From positions 512,001-576,000 of the forward strand of contig CAVSOU010000011.1 of the NCBI GenBank assembly GCA_963729625.1: 64,000 nt of DNA, given 5' to 3'. Below, piece after piece: positions 9,951-20,286 of this stretch. Within the stretch, counting starts at the first letter, position 1. Every line of letters begins with the position of its first letter. The position numbers were made by a program, and so were the translations under genes. A model generated the notes under the pieces. It was given only the letters and a program-made list of their open reading frames with translations, was not told where the DNA came from and did not search any database. The DNA comes from an uncultured bacterium. GTDB lineage: Bacteria; Chloroflexota; UBA5177; JANWHV01.

Positions 9951-10195
9951 CAGAAGCGGCGTCCCTCTCCACGCATAGCGCGAAGCTCCTGCTGATTAAC
10001 CGGTGCAACGCTCTGCCGAAGCGCCTTGATCTGCGCGATTGTCGATGCAAAGGAGGCCTCAGCACGTCTATGTGGGGGAACCATATGCGCTACCGGCACG
10101 CCATGACGCGTTATCTCGATCGTCTCGCCACGTGCCACCTCGTCAAGCAAGCGCGCAAGTTGCGTCTTCGCCTCGAATGCTCCAACCTGACGCAT
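9950..10195 (-). CDS. Phd/YefM-family antitoxin
   Basis: MRQVGAFEAKTQLARLLDEVARGETIEITRHGVPVA; RBS AGGAG. Confidence 0.92.
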   Translation of the reverse strand: MRQVGAFEAKTQLARLLDEVARGETIEITRHGVPVAHMVPPHRRAEASFASTIAQIKALRQSVAPVNQQELRAMRGEGRRF

Positions 10196-10473
10196 ACCAC
10201 TGCTCCTGTTTAGCTAGTCTCCATCTGGTTGATTATCTCGCATGCAGATTTCGTCGGCAGGACCCAGACCCACATCACGCACGCGCGTGGTTGAGCTCTG
10301 CTACACTCCGCGGGAAATACGCTCGTGCCACAGCTTCGTTCCACGGGTGGAATCGGCGGGAGATCCTGATCGCGACTTCGGCAAGCACGAGCATGCATGG
10401 CATCGTGGTCGGATTCCTGTACGATGACAGCAGGACGGCGTGCAGTGTGTCCGCCTCCTGAGGAGGGATACGT

Positions 10474-11946
10474 TTGAGCCCGCGCGTGCCGCCAACGGAT
10501 CTTGCCCGGATGAGTATTGTCGAGTTGCGTGCCGGGTACGCAACGCGCGCCTTCTCGCCGGTAGAGGCCGTCGCGCGCATGCTCGAGCGCATTGAGGCGG
10601 GCAACTCAGTCGTCAATGCTTTCACGACGCTTGCCGCTGAGAATGCCCTGGCGGAGGCGCGATCGCGCGATGACGAGCTGTCCCGTGGCTACACGCGCGG
10701 CCCTTTGCATGGCATCCCGTTCGCGGCAAAGGACCTGTTCGATTCCGCCGGACTGCGCACGACGTATGGATCGCGCTTATTCGCCGAGCACGTCCCTTCA
10801 GAAGACGCGACCGCTATCCGGCGGCTCAAGGACGCCGGCGCCATACTCCTCGGCAAAACGGCCACGCATGAGTTTGCCTGGGGGATCACCACCGTCAGCT
10901 CGTACTTCGGCCCCACGCGCAACCCCTGGCAGCTGAACGTCGTGGCGGGCGGGTCGAGCGGCGGCTCCGCGGTGGCACTGGCAACGGGCATGGCCCCCGC
11001 CGCCCTGGGCACCGACACTGGAGGATCGATTCGTATCCCGGCCGCCTTCTGTGGGGTGGTGGGGCTCAAGCCGACGCATGGACGCGTCAGCGCCGGCGGA
11101 GTCTTTCCGCTGGCGCCGTCGCTGGACCATCCGGGCCCTATGGCGCGGACCGTCGAGGATGTCGCGCTCCTCTTGCAGGTGCTCGCCGGATATGAGCGCG
11201 GCGATCCCTCAACCGCCGCCGTGGCCGTACCACAATACTCCGACGCGCTTCACGCAGGGATCACGTCGTTGCGCGTGGGGATCTGCCCGGACCTGCACCC
11301 CGTAGCGCTTAGCGCGGCGGCGCGGCGCGCGCTGGACAAGAGCACCAGCACGCTCGTCAGTCTGGGCGCGGCCCTCGTCGAAGTTTCGCTTCCCTCGGCG
11401 ACGCTGATCGGCGACGCGTACCGCGCCATTCAGCAGGCGGAAGCCTATCATGTTCACCATCATCAGCGCCGGCTTTACCCTGCTCAAGAATCGCTGTATG
11501 GTCGTGACGTTGCTGCGCATCTCGAACAGGCATCCGAAGTCTCCCTCGCCGAGTACCTCGAGGCCCTGCACGTTCGGCGCCGGTTGCGCGCAGACTTCGC
11601 GCGACTTTTCGACGAAGAGATCGATCTGCTGATTAGCCCAGTCAACGCCGGCTCACCTGTGGCCATCGGCGATGAGACCGTACAGCACGAGAATCAGAGC
11701 ATATCATTCAGGAGCCTGGTGCTGCCGTATACCGTGCCCCAGGACGTGGCGGGACTGCCCGCGTGCGCGATTCGCGCGGGCTTCGATGGCAGCGGAATCC
11801 CTGTCGGCATACAGCTTACGGGGCCGCCCTGGAGCGAGGCGCTCGTCCTGCGCGCTGCCCACGCGCTATTCTCCGCCACGCCCGACGTTCAGCAGCGGTG
11901 GCCTCCGCTCACCGACGACGTTACCCCGGCTGCCGGTTCCCGCTAG
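10474..11946 (+). CDS. amidase (amidase signature family, GatA-like)
   Basis: GPLHGIPFAAKDLF, GKTATHEF, GGSSGGSA, GTDTGGSIRIPA; RBS AGGAGG with TTG start. Confidence 0.93.
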   Translation: MSPRVPPTDLARMSIVELRAGYATRAFSPVEAVARMLERIEAGNSVVNAFTTLAAENALAEARSRDDELSRGYTRGPLHGIPFAAKDLFDSAGLRTTYGSRLFAEHVPSEDATAIRRLKDAGAILLGKTATHEFAWGITTVSSYFGPTRNPWQLNVVAGGSSGGSAVALATGMAPAALGTDTGGSIRIPAAFCGVVGLKPTHGRVSAGGVFPLAPSLDHPGPMARTVEDVALLLQVLAGYERGDPSTAAVAVPQYSDALHAGITSLRVGICPDLHPVALSAAARRALDKSTSTLVSLGAALVEVSLPSATLIGDAYRAIQQAEAYHVHHHQRRLYPAQESLYGRDVAAHLEQASEVSLAEYLEALHVRRRLRADFARLFDEEIDLLISPVNAGSPVAIGDETVQHENQSISFRSLVLPYTVPQDVAGLPACAIRAGFDGSGIPVGIQLTGPPWSEALVLRAAHALFSATPDVQQRWPPLTDDVTPAAGSR

Positions 11947-11975
11947 CGCGAGATCGTCGCGCTAGGGGCAAAACG

Positions 11976-12368
11976 TCAAAAGGTGTAGTGCGTGCGGCGC
12001 TTCTCCGAAAGGTTTCTGATGATCCTGCTCTTCAGCGCGTCAGCCATGGTCAGAATCTCAGGCACGACCTGACGCAACCGGTCCAGCCGGGAAGTCAGTC
12101 GCAGGATCTCGTCCTGCTGGCTCTCGGTGAGCTCCAGGTCGCGCCACCGCTGGAGCTGCTCGTCAAAGACAGGGAGATCCACTCGTTCCCGCGAGTAGAC
12201 GTCCACGACTTGCCGGAGTGCATATTCGTCGAGCTCATGCGTCCCGTCCTGAGCGCGTCGAAGTGCCTCGTACTGTTGCTCCGCCGCGTGCGACAAGTCA
12301 TCGATCAAGGCGGCGACAAACGGCAGTTGTCGAACAGGCTGCCAGACTGGTGGCGGGCGCTGGGCCAT
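11976..12368 (-). CDS. hypothetical helical protein
   Basis: coherent 130-aa ORF (WQPVRQLP...HELDEY...EQLQRW) with an upstream GGAAGG RBS-like site. Confidence 0.7.
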   Translation of the reverse strand: MAQRPPPVWQPVRQLPFVAALIDDLSHAAEQQYEALRRAQDGTHELDEYALRQVVDVYSRERVDLPVFDEQLQRWRDLELTESQQDEILRLTSRLDRLRQVVPEILTMADALKSRIIRNLSEKRRTHYTF

Positions 12369-12529
12369 CGTGTGCCTTCCCTATTACTACTCTCAGCCTA
12401 CGCGCAGTGCGACCCGCTGGGCGGTCTGAGAGTAACTCTCCATGTCATTATCGCGGAGGATGGGCCACGCGGGGCGTCACTGCCCGCCTCCGCTACGTTA
12501 CTCGCTCGTTTCGTCACGCTCAGCGTCAT

Positions 12530-12730
12530 TCATGCGTGCTGTGCCACTCTCAAGTGCCTTCGAGCCACGCGGCGGAGCGCAGCCTTGAGCTCGTCGGGAC
12601 GTCGGACCACGATCGAGCAGCCGAGCCGAGCCAAATAGGTCCTTGTGCGCTTCCTCCGCGACACGTACGCTGTGAACGTGACGCGGTGCCGGCCGGCGCC
12701 CGCCCAGGGGAGCCTGACACGTGCGGGCCG
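12530..12730 (-). pseudogene. C-terminal (WCX-like) remnant of a WYL/YafY-family regulator
   Basis: frame reads VTFTAYVSRRKRTRTYLARLGCSIVVRRPDELKAALRRVARRHL*, matching the YafY C-terminal pattern; in-frame stop upstream and no start. Confidence 0.6.
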
Positions 12731-12934
12731 TCATGGTGAGCATGGGCCAGTCGGGCAAGCAGCACCTGAGGCGTTCGCGTGCAGGGCTTTGGAGCGCCTG
12801 CACCCTGTTGCTTAAGAAGCGCGTGAGGCGCGATGGATAATCTGTGACCGCGCGAACGTATCACTGTGGTGAAGCCAGGTGCTGGCTCGACCGCAGCCCG
12901 TCTGGCCGCGAGCGCGGCAGGAAAACCTAACCGT

Positions 12935-14194
12935 ATGATTGCGAGCAGCCATCAGGTCGAGGCTCTTGTCATCGAGGGATCGCTAGAGACGGCGCGCTAC
13001 GTATCAGAACTGCTGGCGGAAGGCTCGGTCTCCGCGCGCGTGCTCGAGCCTGGAGGTGCGCTCATCACTTCCCCGGGCTGGAGTGGGCCGCAGGTTGTGC
13101 TCGTGGGCCTGGACGGCGATCGGGCGCGTAGCATCGCCTACGCTAAATGGACGCGCGACACCTATCCTGCGGCAGGGATTATCGCCTATACCGAAGACTA
13201 CACGGCCGAGACTCTTGAAGCGGCGATGGCGGCAGGGATCAGGCGCGTGCTGAGCTATCCGTTCGATTTCGAGACACTGCTTATGACGGTAGAGGCGGTT
13301 AGGAGAGAGCTTAGAGGGACGCTGGATCAGCAGGTGTTGCGCAGCAGGCTCGCTCAAGTGAGACATGGACCGCACGTCGGTTCTGAGGAGCCGGGCAGCG
13401 CTGCCCTGCCCCACACCGTAGTAGCCGTTTGCGGCTCGAAAGGTGGGGTAGGCTCGACCACGTTGGCGGTGAATCTAGCCGTTGCGCTCCAGACCTCGGG
13501 GCAGTCGACAGTCCTGGTCGATGGAAATTTCAGTTTTGGCTGTCACGATCTCTTCCTCAAGCTAGCACCGATGCGAAGCATCATGCAGACGCTCGACGAC
13601 TCGCAGCAGGTGCGAGACGATCTCGTGCTGCAATCCCTGATCAAGCATCAGACAGGCCTGCAGGTGTTGCTCGCGCCGTTACGACCTGAAGAGGCTGAGC
13701 TGATGCTGCCCACGCACTTCGAGCAGATTATCGCGGTGCTGAAGGACCGGCACGCGTTTACCGTGATCGACGCATGGCCGCCGAACGATCCACGCATGCT
13801 GGTCGCGTTGCGGAAAGCCGACGTCCTTCTGATACCGGTGGGGCCGGATCTCCCAGCAATGAAGAATCTTACGTCGTTGCTCCACGTTATCGGCCTGATC
13901 GATCCCGACCCGCGCAACGTTACTCCAGTCCTGATCGGTGCCGACGGCGCTCCAGCCGACCGTATCAAAGCGCTGGAAGCGACCATCAAGCGCGATTTAA
14001 GATGGCGGATCGCGAGCGACGAGGCAAGAGTGCGGGAAGCTGCCAACACCGGTGTTCCATTCGTCCTGAGCAGTCCCACGGCTGAGATCAGCCGAAACGT
14101 GAAGGAGCTCGCCAGATATTGCATGGAAACGACGAATGACGAGGGCGGGACGGAGCGAGCGCGCACCCTTATTGGCCGGCTGCTCAGACGCTGA
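12935..14194 (+). CDS. CpaE/TadZ-like receiver plus MinD/ParA-type ATPase
   Basis: atypical receiver domain; deviant Walker A GSKGGVGSTT; VLVDGNFSFG; EAANTGVPFVL. Confidence 0.85.
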   Translation: MIASSHQVEALVIEGSLETARYVSELLAEGSVSARVLEPGGALITSPGWSGPQVVLVGLDGDRARSIAYAKWTRDTYPAAGIIAYTEDYTAETLEAAMAAGIRRVLSYPFDFETLLMTVEAVRRELRGTLDQQVLRSRLAQVRHGPHVGSEEPGSAALPHTVVAVCGSKGGVGSTTLAVNLAVALQTSGQSTVLVDGNFSFGCHDLFLKLAPMRSIMQTLDDSQQVRDDLVLQSLIKHQTGLQVLLAPLRPEEAELMLPTHFEQIIAVLKDRHAFTVIDAWPPNDPRMLVALRKADVLLIPVGPDLPAMKNLTSLLHVIGLIDPDPRNVTPVLIGADGAPADRIKALEATIKRDLRWRIASDEARVREAANTGVPFVLSSPTAEISRNVKELARYCMETTNDEGGTERARTLIGRLLRR

Positions 14195-14342
14195 GGGAAA
14201 GCCACGACGACATCTCCATTGACGCACACGATCCTGGGGGCGCAGGCCGTCTCGCCCGCCCTCGGTCGGTGGCCGGCACACCTGCGGATCCTACCACGGC
14301 GTTAGTTCAGGTGCGTGACTGCAGCTGGGTGATGCTGCGCGT

Positions 14343-15578
14343 TCAGGAGATAGCCAGCGGCGCCGCCAGGTAGTCAGAGATAACCTGTCCCGCCGCGCCG
14401 ATAATCTTGGCGTGCGCGCCGAGTGTCGACCGCGCGATGCTGATACTGCTGGCTCCGCCGCCCGGCTTCAGCACAAAGCGCTGTTCAAGCGCCTTGATCT
14501 CTTCGAACAGCCCGCCCCCGCCTCGTATCACGGAGCCACTCAGCACGACCAGCTCCGGGTCCCAGTTGTCCACCATGTTGGCTACGGCAATACCCAGGTA
14601 GGTAGCTGCCCGGCTCAACAACTCCATCGCCAGGGAATCGCCCAGTTCAGCTGCGCCAAATATGTCGTCGATGGTAACGGACTCCGCGCAGCTTGGCTTG
14701 AGCATCGTAGCTCGTCCCGCGGCCAACGCCTCGCTCGCGCGCGCGACCAGCCCATGCGCGGACGTAAAGACCTCCAGGCAGCCGCGGTTGCCGCACCCGC
14801 AGAGCGGTCCCCCCAGCTCAACCGTGTTGTGCCCGATCTCGGCGGCGGCGCCGTGGGTGCCGCGATACACAGCTCCGTCGATGATCACTGCGCCGCCAAC
14901 GCCAAAGCCCACGTCGATGAACACCGCCGATCGCGTGCCACGCGCGGCTCCGAATTCATACTCGGCAAGGGCGACCGATCGGACTTCATTGTCGACGAAC
15001 GTGGGAAGCGAAAGCCTTGACTCGAGCATGGTTTTGAAGGGGACGTTGTGCCAGCCAAGATTGGGAGAGAACAGGCAGAGGCCATCGGGCCAGCGTATCA
15101 TCCCAGGGAACGCCACGCCCACTCCAAGCACGGACTCGGGGCTCTCCTCGGCAAGAATGCGGTCCGCCAGGCGCGCCACGAGATCCAGCGCGACCTCCGG
15201 CGTGGCCCCAACCGGGACGGACGCGTGAAGTACCTCGCCCACGGCGCCACCCATGTCCACCGTCGCCGCCGTGATATCCCGCACGTCCAGGTCAATGCCG
15301 AGCGCGAATCGAGCGCTGGGGTTGAAGCGCAAGTTGACCGGTCTTCGGCCCACGGTCCCCGTCACTACGGTCGACTCTTCACGGACCAGTTCTTCTTCGA
15401 GCAAGTGATCCACAATGGCGCTCACCGTCGCCGGGCTCAAACCCGTGTTTCGCGCAATCATCGCGCGCGAGAGGGCTGGATCGGCCCGGATCAGGTTGAG
15501 CACCATGGCACGATTAGCCTGCTGCATCAGGCGTCCACTCACCTTGCGATGTACAAACCGCCGCGGCGAGTTGATCAT
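14343..15578 (-). CDS. ROK-family transcriptional repressor (XylR/NagC-like)
   Basis: N-terminal HTH SRAMIARNTGLSPATVS, GRRP, EIGH...CGCGNRGCLE. Confidence 0.93.
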   Translation of the reverse strand: MINSPRRFVHRKVSGRLMQQANRAMVLNLIRADPALSRAMIARNTGLSPATVSAIVDHLLEEELVREESTVVTGTVGRRPVNLRFNPSARFALGIDLDVRDITAATVDMGGAVGEVLHASVPVGATPEVALDLVARLADRILAEESPESVLGVGVAFPGMIRWPDGLCLFSPNLGWHNVPFKTMLESRLSLPTFVDNEVRSVALAEYEFGAARGTRSAVFIDVGFGVGGAVIIDGAVYRGTHGAAAEIGHNTVELGGPLCGCGNRGCLEVFTSAHGLVARASEALAAGRATMLKPSCAESVTIDDIFGAAELGDSLAMELLSRAATYLGIAVANMVDNWDPELVVLSGSVIRGGGGLFEEIKALEQRFVLKPGGGASSISIARSTLGAHAKIIGAAGQVISDYLAAPLAIS

Positions 15579-15771
15579 CGGACCACCTTTCGCGCGCCCA
15601 CACGGCACACGCCTGACGCATGACACCCGTTCGTCCGCGCGCAGGCCCTGCACGGGCCGTGCCGGCTCGGCCCCATTTGGGTCCGGCGCGGCAACCGGCG
15701 GAGCGTGCTGGGCTTCATAGGATTGAGGATACCTCTCCCTGTCCCGGCCATGCGCGTGGTCCTCGTCGAAC

Positions 15772-15800
15772 TTGACACCCGCGCACGCGCCTGGTATTGT
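15772..15800 (+). promoter_or_regulatory. sigma70-type promoter for the isomerase gene
   Basis: TTGACA-N17-TATTGT. Confidence 0.7.
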
Positions 15801-15802
15801 GT

Positions 15803-15829
15803 TTATTAGTTTACCGGCTGAATTAATAA
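15803..15829. promoter_or_regulatory. putative ROK (XylR-like) operator
   Basis: AT-rich imperfect palindrome TTATTAGTTTA-CCGGC-TGAATTAATAA directly after the -10 box, between the divergent ROK and isomerase genes. Confidence 0.7.
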
Positions 15830-16025
15830 TGAATAGTAGCGGCTTGTGGCGCCGCGGTCAACTAGCTCGACTCGGTGCGGCGTACTCACCACGGCAGAAC
15901 CCTCAGGCGTTCGGGCAGCAATGGCGTCAGAGCGGCGACACGAGCTTGACCCGACCCCAGTGGTCCTACCCAGGTGGGATTGGCCGTCTCGCGAAGGGCC
16001 AATGAATCCCGTTTGAGGTGAGGTT

Positions 16026-17489
16026 ATGGCTACTGCAAGCACCACGGCACTGAAAGACAGCTCGGTTTCCCTGTTGGCTCGGCCGGTTACGCTCGGCGTG
16101 ATCGTCGGCAATCGCGGCTTCTTTCCGCATCATCTCGCGGCAGAAGGGCGCACCCAGGTGCTCGAAGTGCTCGCGAAGGCGGGAATCCGCGCCATCATCC
16201 CCGACCAAGGCGAGACCGACCACGGCGCGATCGAATCGTTGGCCGAAGCGCGCCTTTGCGCGGACGTGTTTCGCGCACATCGAGATGAGATAGATGGAAT
16301 CCTCGTGACGCTCCCGAACTTCGGCGACGAGCGCGCGATCGCCAACACGATCCGCTTCGCGGGCCTCGACGTGCCGGTGCTGGTGCACGCCTTCCCCGAC
16401 GACCCCAAACATATGACGCTCGAACACCGCCGGGACAGCTTCTGCGGCAAGATGAGCGCGTGCAACAACCTGCGCCAGTACAACATCAAGTACTCGTTGA
16501 CCACGATGCACACGGTCGATCCGAGCCACGAGTCGTTCCAGGCCGATCTCAAGAAGTTCGCGGCGGTGTGCCGCGTGGTGCGCGGCATGCGCAAGGCTCG
16601 TGTCGGCGTTGTCGGCGCGCGGCCCGCCAACTTCACTACCGTGCGGTTCAGCGAGAAACTGCTCGAGCACGCCGGCATCAGTGTAGAAACGCTCGACCTG
16701 TCAGAGGTCTTCGGTCGCATAGCCCATCTCGAGGACTCGGACCCGGTGGTTGTGGCCAAGCGCGCGGCCATCTCCCGCTATGCCAACACAAGCGCCGTGC
16801 CTGAAGCGGCCGTGGTCAAGATGGCCAAGCTTGGCGCCGTGCTCGACCGATGGCAGGCTGACCACCAGCTTGACGCCACCGCCATCCAATGCTGGACAGC
16901 TATGGAGGAATACTACGGCGTTGTCCCGTGTACGGTGATGAGCATGGCCAGTGATAGCCTGTTGCCTTCCGCGTGCGAATCGGACGTGGCCGGCGTGGTC
17001 TCGATGCTGGCGTTGGTGCTCGCCTCCGGCAAGCCCAGCGCTATCGTGGACTGGAACAACAATTACGGAGACGATCCCGACAAGGGCGTGGTGTTCCACT
17101 GCTCGAACCTGCCCAAGACCATCTTCGTCGACGACATCGCGGTCATGGACTACCAGGCGATCATCGCCGGTACAGTGGGACGCGAAAACACCTATGGCAC
17201 GGTTGTGGGCCGTGTGCGCAAGAATCCTTTCACCTACCTGCGGATCTCGACGGACGACCTGGCGGGCGAGATCGTGGCATACCTGGGCGAGGGCGAGTTC
17301 ACCAACGATCCGTTGGAGACATTCGGCGGATACGGAGTGATCAGGGTGCCCCGATTCCAGGATCTGCTGGCGTTCATCTGCGAGAATGGTTTTGAGCATC
17401 ACGTGTCTGTCAACCAGACCCGCGTGGCCGCCACGGTGGACGAGGCGCTGAGCAAATACCTCGACTGGTCGGTCTATTACCACAAGTAA
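16026..17489 (+). CDS. L-fucose/L-arabinose isomerase family protein
   Basis: GNRGFFP, LPNFGDE, RRDSFCGK, ACESDV, FHCSN, FEHHV. Confidence 0.9.
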   Translation: MATASTTALKDSSVSLLARPVTLGVIVGNRGFFPHHLAAEGRTQVLEVLAKAGIRAIIPDQGETDHGAIESLAEARLCADVFRAHRDEIDGILVTLPNFGDERAIANTIRFAGLDVPVLVHAFPDDPKHMTLEHRRDSFCGKMSACNNLRQYNIKYSLTTMHTVDPSHESFQADLKKFAAVCRVVRGMRKARVGVVGARPANFTTVRFSEKLLEHAGISVETLDLSEVFGRIAHLEDSDPVVVAKRAAISRYANTSAVPEAAVVKMAKLGAVLDRWQADHQLDATAIQCWTAMEEYYGVVPCTVMSMASDSLLPSACESDVAGVVSMLALVLASGKPSAIVDWNNNYGDDPDKGVVFHCSNLPKTIFVDDIAVMDYQAIIAGTVGRENTYGTVVGRVRKNPFTYLRISTDDLAGEIVAYLGEGEFTNDPLETFGGYGVIRVPRFQDLLAFICENGFEHHVSVNQTRVAATVDEALSKYLDWSVYYHK

Positions 17490-17495
17490 GGGCTG

Positions 17496-18119
17496 CTAGC
17501 GCACGAGCTTGCCAAGACCGTCCCGTCGGAGCGCTTGCGGCTGGCCGAGCTGAAGAGCAAGATGGTAGGCCTTCGCGCCTTCTTCCACGAAACAGGATAA
17601 CTCAAACGCGCTGGCCAGCGTGGGCCCGACGGCGAGGAGCCCGTGGTGAGCCCATATGACGGCGGGAGCATCGCCCATGGCATGCAGCATGTTATACGCG
17701 AACGCCTCTGAGCCGCTGGCCGCGAACGGCATGACAGGAACTGCGCCGCGCACCGTCGTCAGAAGGCTGGTCAGCACGGGCGGGATCTCACGTCCCAGCA
17801 TGCCAAACGCGTTCACATATGGCGGCTCGGTGTGCACAATACCATGGGCAGCGGGTCGCTCGCGGTACACTACGCAGTGCACGGGCGTCTCCGACGACGG
17901 CGCGTGCCTGCCGGCAATCACGCGCCCGCGCGCATCTATCTCCACCAGATCATCGGGCGTCATCACATCGTACCGAAGGGCGCTGGGCGTGATGAAGATG
18001 CGTCCAGTCTTCTCGTCGCGCGCGCTGACGTTCCCGCTCATGTTCGCCACGAGGCCCAGCTCGGACATGCGCCGCGCGACGTAGATAATCTCTTCTTGCA
18101 ACCCCAGAAAAGTACTCAT
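17496..18119 (-). CDS. class II aldolase/epimerase (FucA/AraD family)
   Basis: GNVSAR, ITPS, PSSETPVH, IVHTE, HHGLL. Confidence 0.9.
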   Translation of the reverse strand: MSTFLGLQEEIIYVARRMSELGLVANMSGNVSARDEKTGRIFITPSALRYDVMTPDDLVEIDARGRVIAGRHAPSSETPVHCVVYRERPAAHGIVHTEPPYVNAFGMLGREIPPVLTSLLTTVRGAVPVMPFAASGSEAFAYNMLHAMGDAPAVIWAHHGLLAVGPTLASAFELSCFVEEGAKAYHLALQLGQPQALRRDGLGKLVR

Positions 18120-18321
18120 TGCTTCCACCCTGCCATTTCCTGGCTTCAGTACCGGCTCGGAGGGCCGCATCCCGCGATCGCCGTGCCGCGGCTCCCCGAC
18201 CACCCGAACAGCGTAACGGTTCCACCCGGACAGGCGACCTCGGACGTCCCGCCGGCGGTCGCCGTCGCCTTACCTTGCGATGACGGCTGGCCGCTGGCAT
18301 CCGCTCGACGGCATCAACGCG

Positions 18322-18903
18322 TCAGGCGGTGTTTCCCCCAACCAACTGTTGGTAGCGGAAGCAATCCACCGTGTGATCGTTGACAAGTCCCGTTGCCTGC
18401 ATGAAAGCGTAGCAGATGGTCGGGCCGACAAAACTGAAACCACGGCGTTTGAGATCCTTGCTGACAGCCTCCGCCTCGGACGTGACCGCGGGTACCTGTG
18501 CAATCGAGATCCAGGCGTTCACGCGAGGACGGCCATCCACAAACCGCCAAATGTACTTGTCGAAGCTGCCGAACTCCTCCCGCACAACGAGGAAAGCACG
18601 CGCGTTGGCGACAGCGGATACGATCTTGGCCCTGTTTCGGATTATGCCGGCATCGGTCACGAGCATCTCCACCTTATCCTGGCCATAGCCGGCGATCAGC
18701 GTGTAGTCGAAGTCGTCGAATGCCCGCCGGTAGTTGCTCCTCCGATTGAGTATTGTGCTCCAGCTTAGGCCCGCCTGCGCGCCTTCAAGCAAGAGAAACT
18801 CGAACCACTTGCGGTCGTCGTGCACAGGCTGGCCCCACTCAGTATCGTGGTAGAGCGTGTACTGTTCACCCGATACCCACGCGCAACGAACCAGATCCGT
18901 CAT
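18322..18903 (-). CDS. tag: DNA-3-methyladenine glycosylase I
   Basis: RCAW, YHDTEWG, LEGAQAGLSW, IIRNRAKI, GFSFVGPT, NDHTVDC. Confidence 0.96.
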   Translation of the reverse strand: MTDLVRCAWVSGEQYTLYHDTEWGQPVHDDRKWFEFLLLEGAQAGLSWSTILNRRSNYRRAFDDFDYTLIAGYGQDKVEMLVTDAGIIRNRAKIVSAVANARAFLVVREEFGSFDKYIWRFVDGRPRVNAWISIAQVPAVTSEAEAVSKDLKRRGFSFVGPTICYAFMQATGLVNDHTVDCFRYQQLVGGNTA

Positions 18904-19170
18904 TGCAGCCTCGCATCAGTCCTACAACTTCTCAACTGCACAGCCCAAGCGGTCTGGAGCTGCGCCAGCTTTGTCGCCATCGACGAGCAGCCCGCCCTTG
19001 TGTCCGAAACGCTGACCGTGCCACGGGAATGCTATCAGACTGCGCAGGCAACAGCACGCCGTTCCATCCGCAGGCTACCTGGGTCTATGTGCAGACCGCG
19101 GCAGCGCACAGCGTAGCCTTGCCTCGGGGCAATGCGGATATGCAGCCGATCCGTCAGGGTGCCGGTTGAG

Positions 19171-20208
19171 TCACTGCGGCAAGCTGATCGATACCTTGAC
19201 CGATGTCGGCGGCATATGCGACGCGAACTCAAATGCCTTGATGCCGTCCTCGAACGCAAAGCGATCGGTGAGCAGCGGCTTGACGTTGATTCGTCCGCTG
19301 CCGAGCAGTTGCAACGCCCGCGGATAGACATGCGCATAGCGGAATACAGTCTCGATACGCGCCTCCTTGGCGGCGGCTGCCACGAGGTCGAAAGGAATCG
19401 GCTCGCCAGGCATGCCGATGTACACGATACAGCCACCCGGGCAGAGCGGCTCGATGGCCCCCGCGGCCGCTTGCACGCTGCCGCTGGCTTCGAACACCAT
19501 GTCGGCGCCCCATCCGTCGGTCATCTCGCGCACTACTTCGGACAGGCTCTGCTCCCGCACGTTGACCGGTGTGATCGGCCCCAGTGTGGCAGCCAGGTCG
19601 AGCTTCGGCTGCTGGACATCGGTGATGATCACGCGGCCGCAGCCGCCAGCCAGCGCCGCCAGTGCCGTGACCACGCCGATCGTGCCGGCGCCGGTGACCA
19701 CGGCTATCTCGCCGGGCTTGATCCGCGCCTTGGTGGCCGCGTGCATGCCGACCGCCAGAGGCTCAACCATGGCGCCTTCGGCAAAGCTGATGGTGTCCGG
19801 CAGCTTGAAGGTGAACGCCGCGGGGTGTACGACGTAGGGGGTCAGGCACCCATGTACGGGTGGCGTGGCCCAGAATCGCACGGCGGGATCGAGATTATAC
19901 AAGCCAAGTCGCGACGCCTTGCTGTTGGGGTCGGGGATGCCCGGCTCCATGCACACGCGATCCCCGGCATGCAGGTTCGTAACCTCCGACCCTACTTCGA
20001 CCACGGTGCCCGAGCCTTCGTGGCCCAGTACCATCGGTTCCCGCACGACAAATGGGCCGATTGCGCCATGCTCGTAGTAATGGACGTCGCTGCCACAGAT
20101 GCCAACCGTATGCATCTTGATCCGTACGTCGTGCGGACCCAGTGCCGACGGTACGTCGATGTCGCGCAAAGCAAGCTCGTGCGTTCGCTCGAGCACCAGT
20201 GATGTCAT
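19171..20208 (-). CDS. Zn-dependent polyol dehydrogenase (xylitol/sorbitol dehydrogenase family)
   Basis: [35 protein letters not shown]. Confidence 0.92.
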   Translation of the reverse strand: MTSLVLERTHELALRDIDVPSALGPHDVRIKMHTVGICGSDVHYYEHGAIGPFVVREPMVLGHEGSGTVVEVGSEVTNLHAGDRVCMEPGIPDPNSKASRLGLYNLDPAVRFWATPPVHGCLTPYVVHPAAFTFKLPDTISFAEGAMVEPLAVGMHAATKARIKPGEIAVVTGAGTIGVVTALAALAGGCGRVIITDVQQPKLDLAATLGPITPVNVREQSLSEVVREMTDGWGADMVFEASGSVQAAAGAIEPLCPGGCIVYIGMPGEPIPFDLVAAAAKEARIETVFRYAHVYPRALQLLGSGRINVKPLLTDRFAFEDGIKAFEFASHMPPTSVKVSISLPQ

Positions 20209-20286
20209 CTTCGTTCCTTTCTGGACGTGTCTCGAGCGATTCCCGCTCGCTTCATAGAACCATCGCCATTGTCCCAGAACCCGCCG

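Noticed and set aside
10474-11946. gatA assignment for the amidase
   Set aside because: no adjacent gatB/gatC; a general amidase-signature enzyme is the safer call
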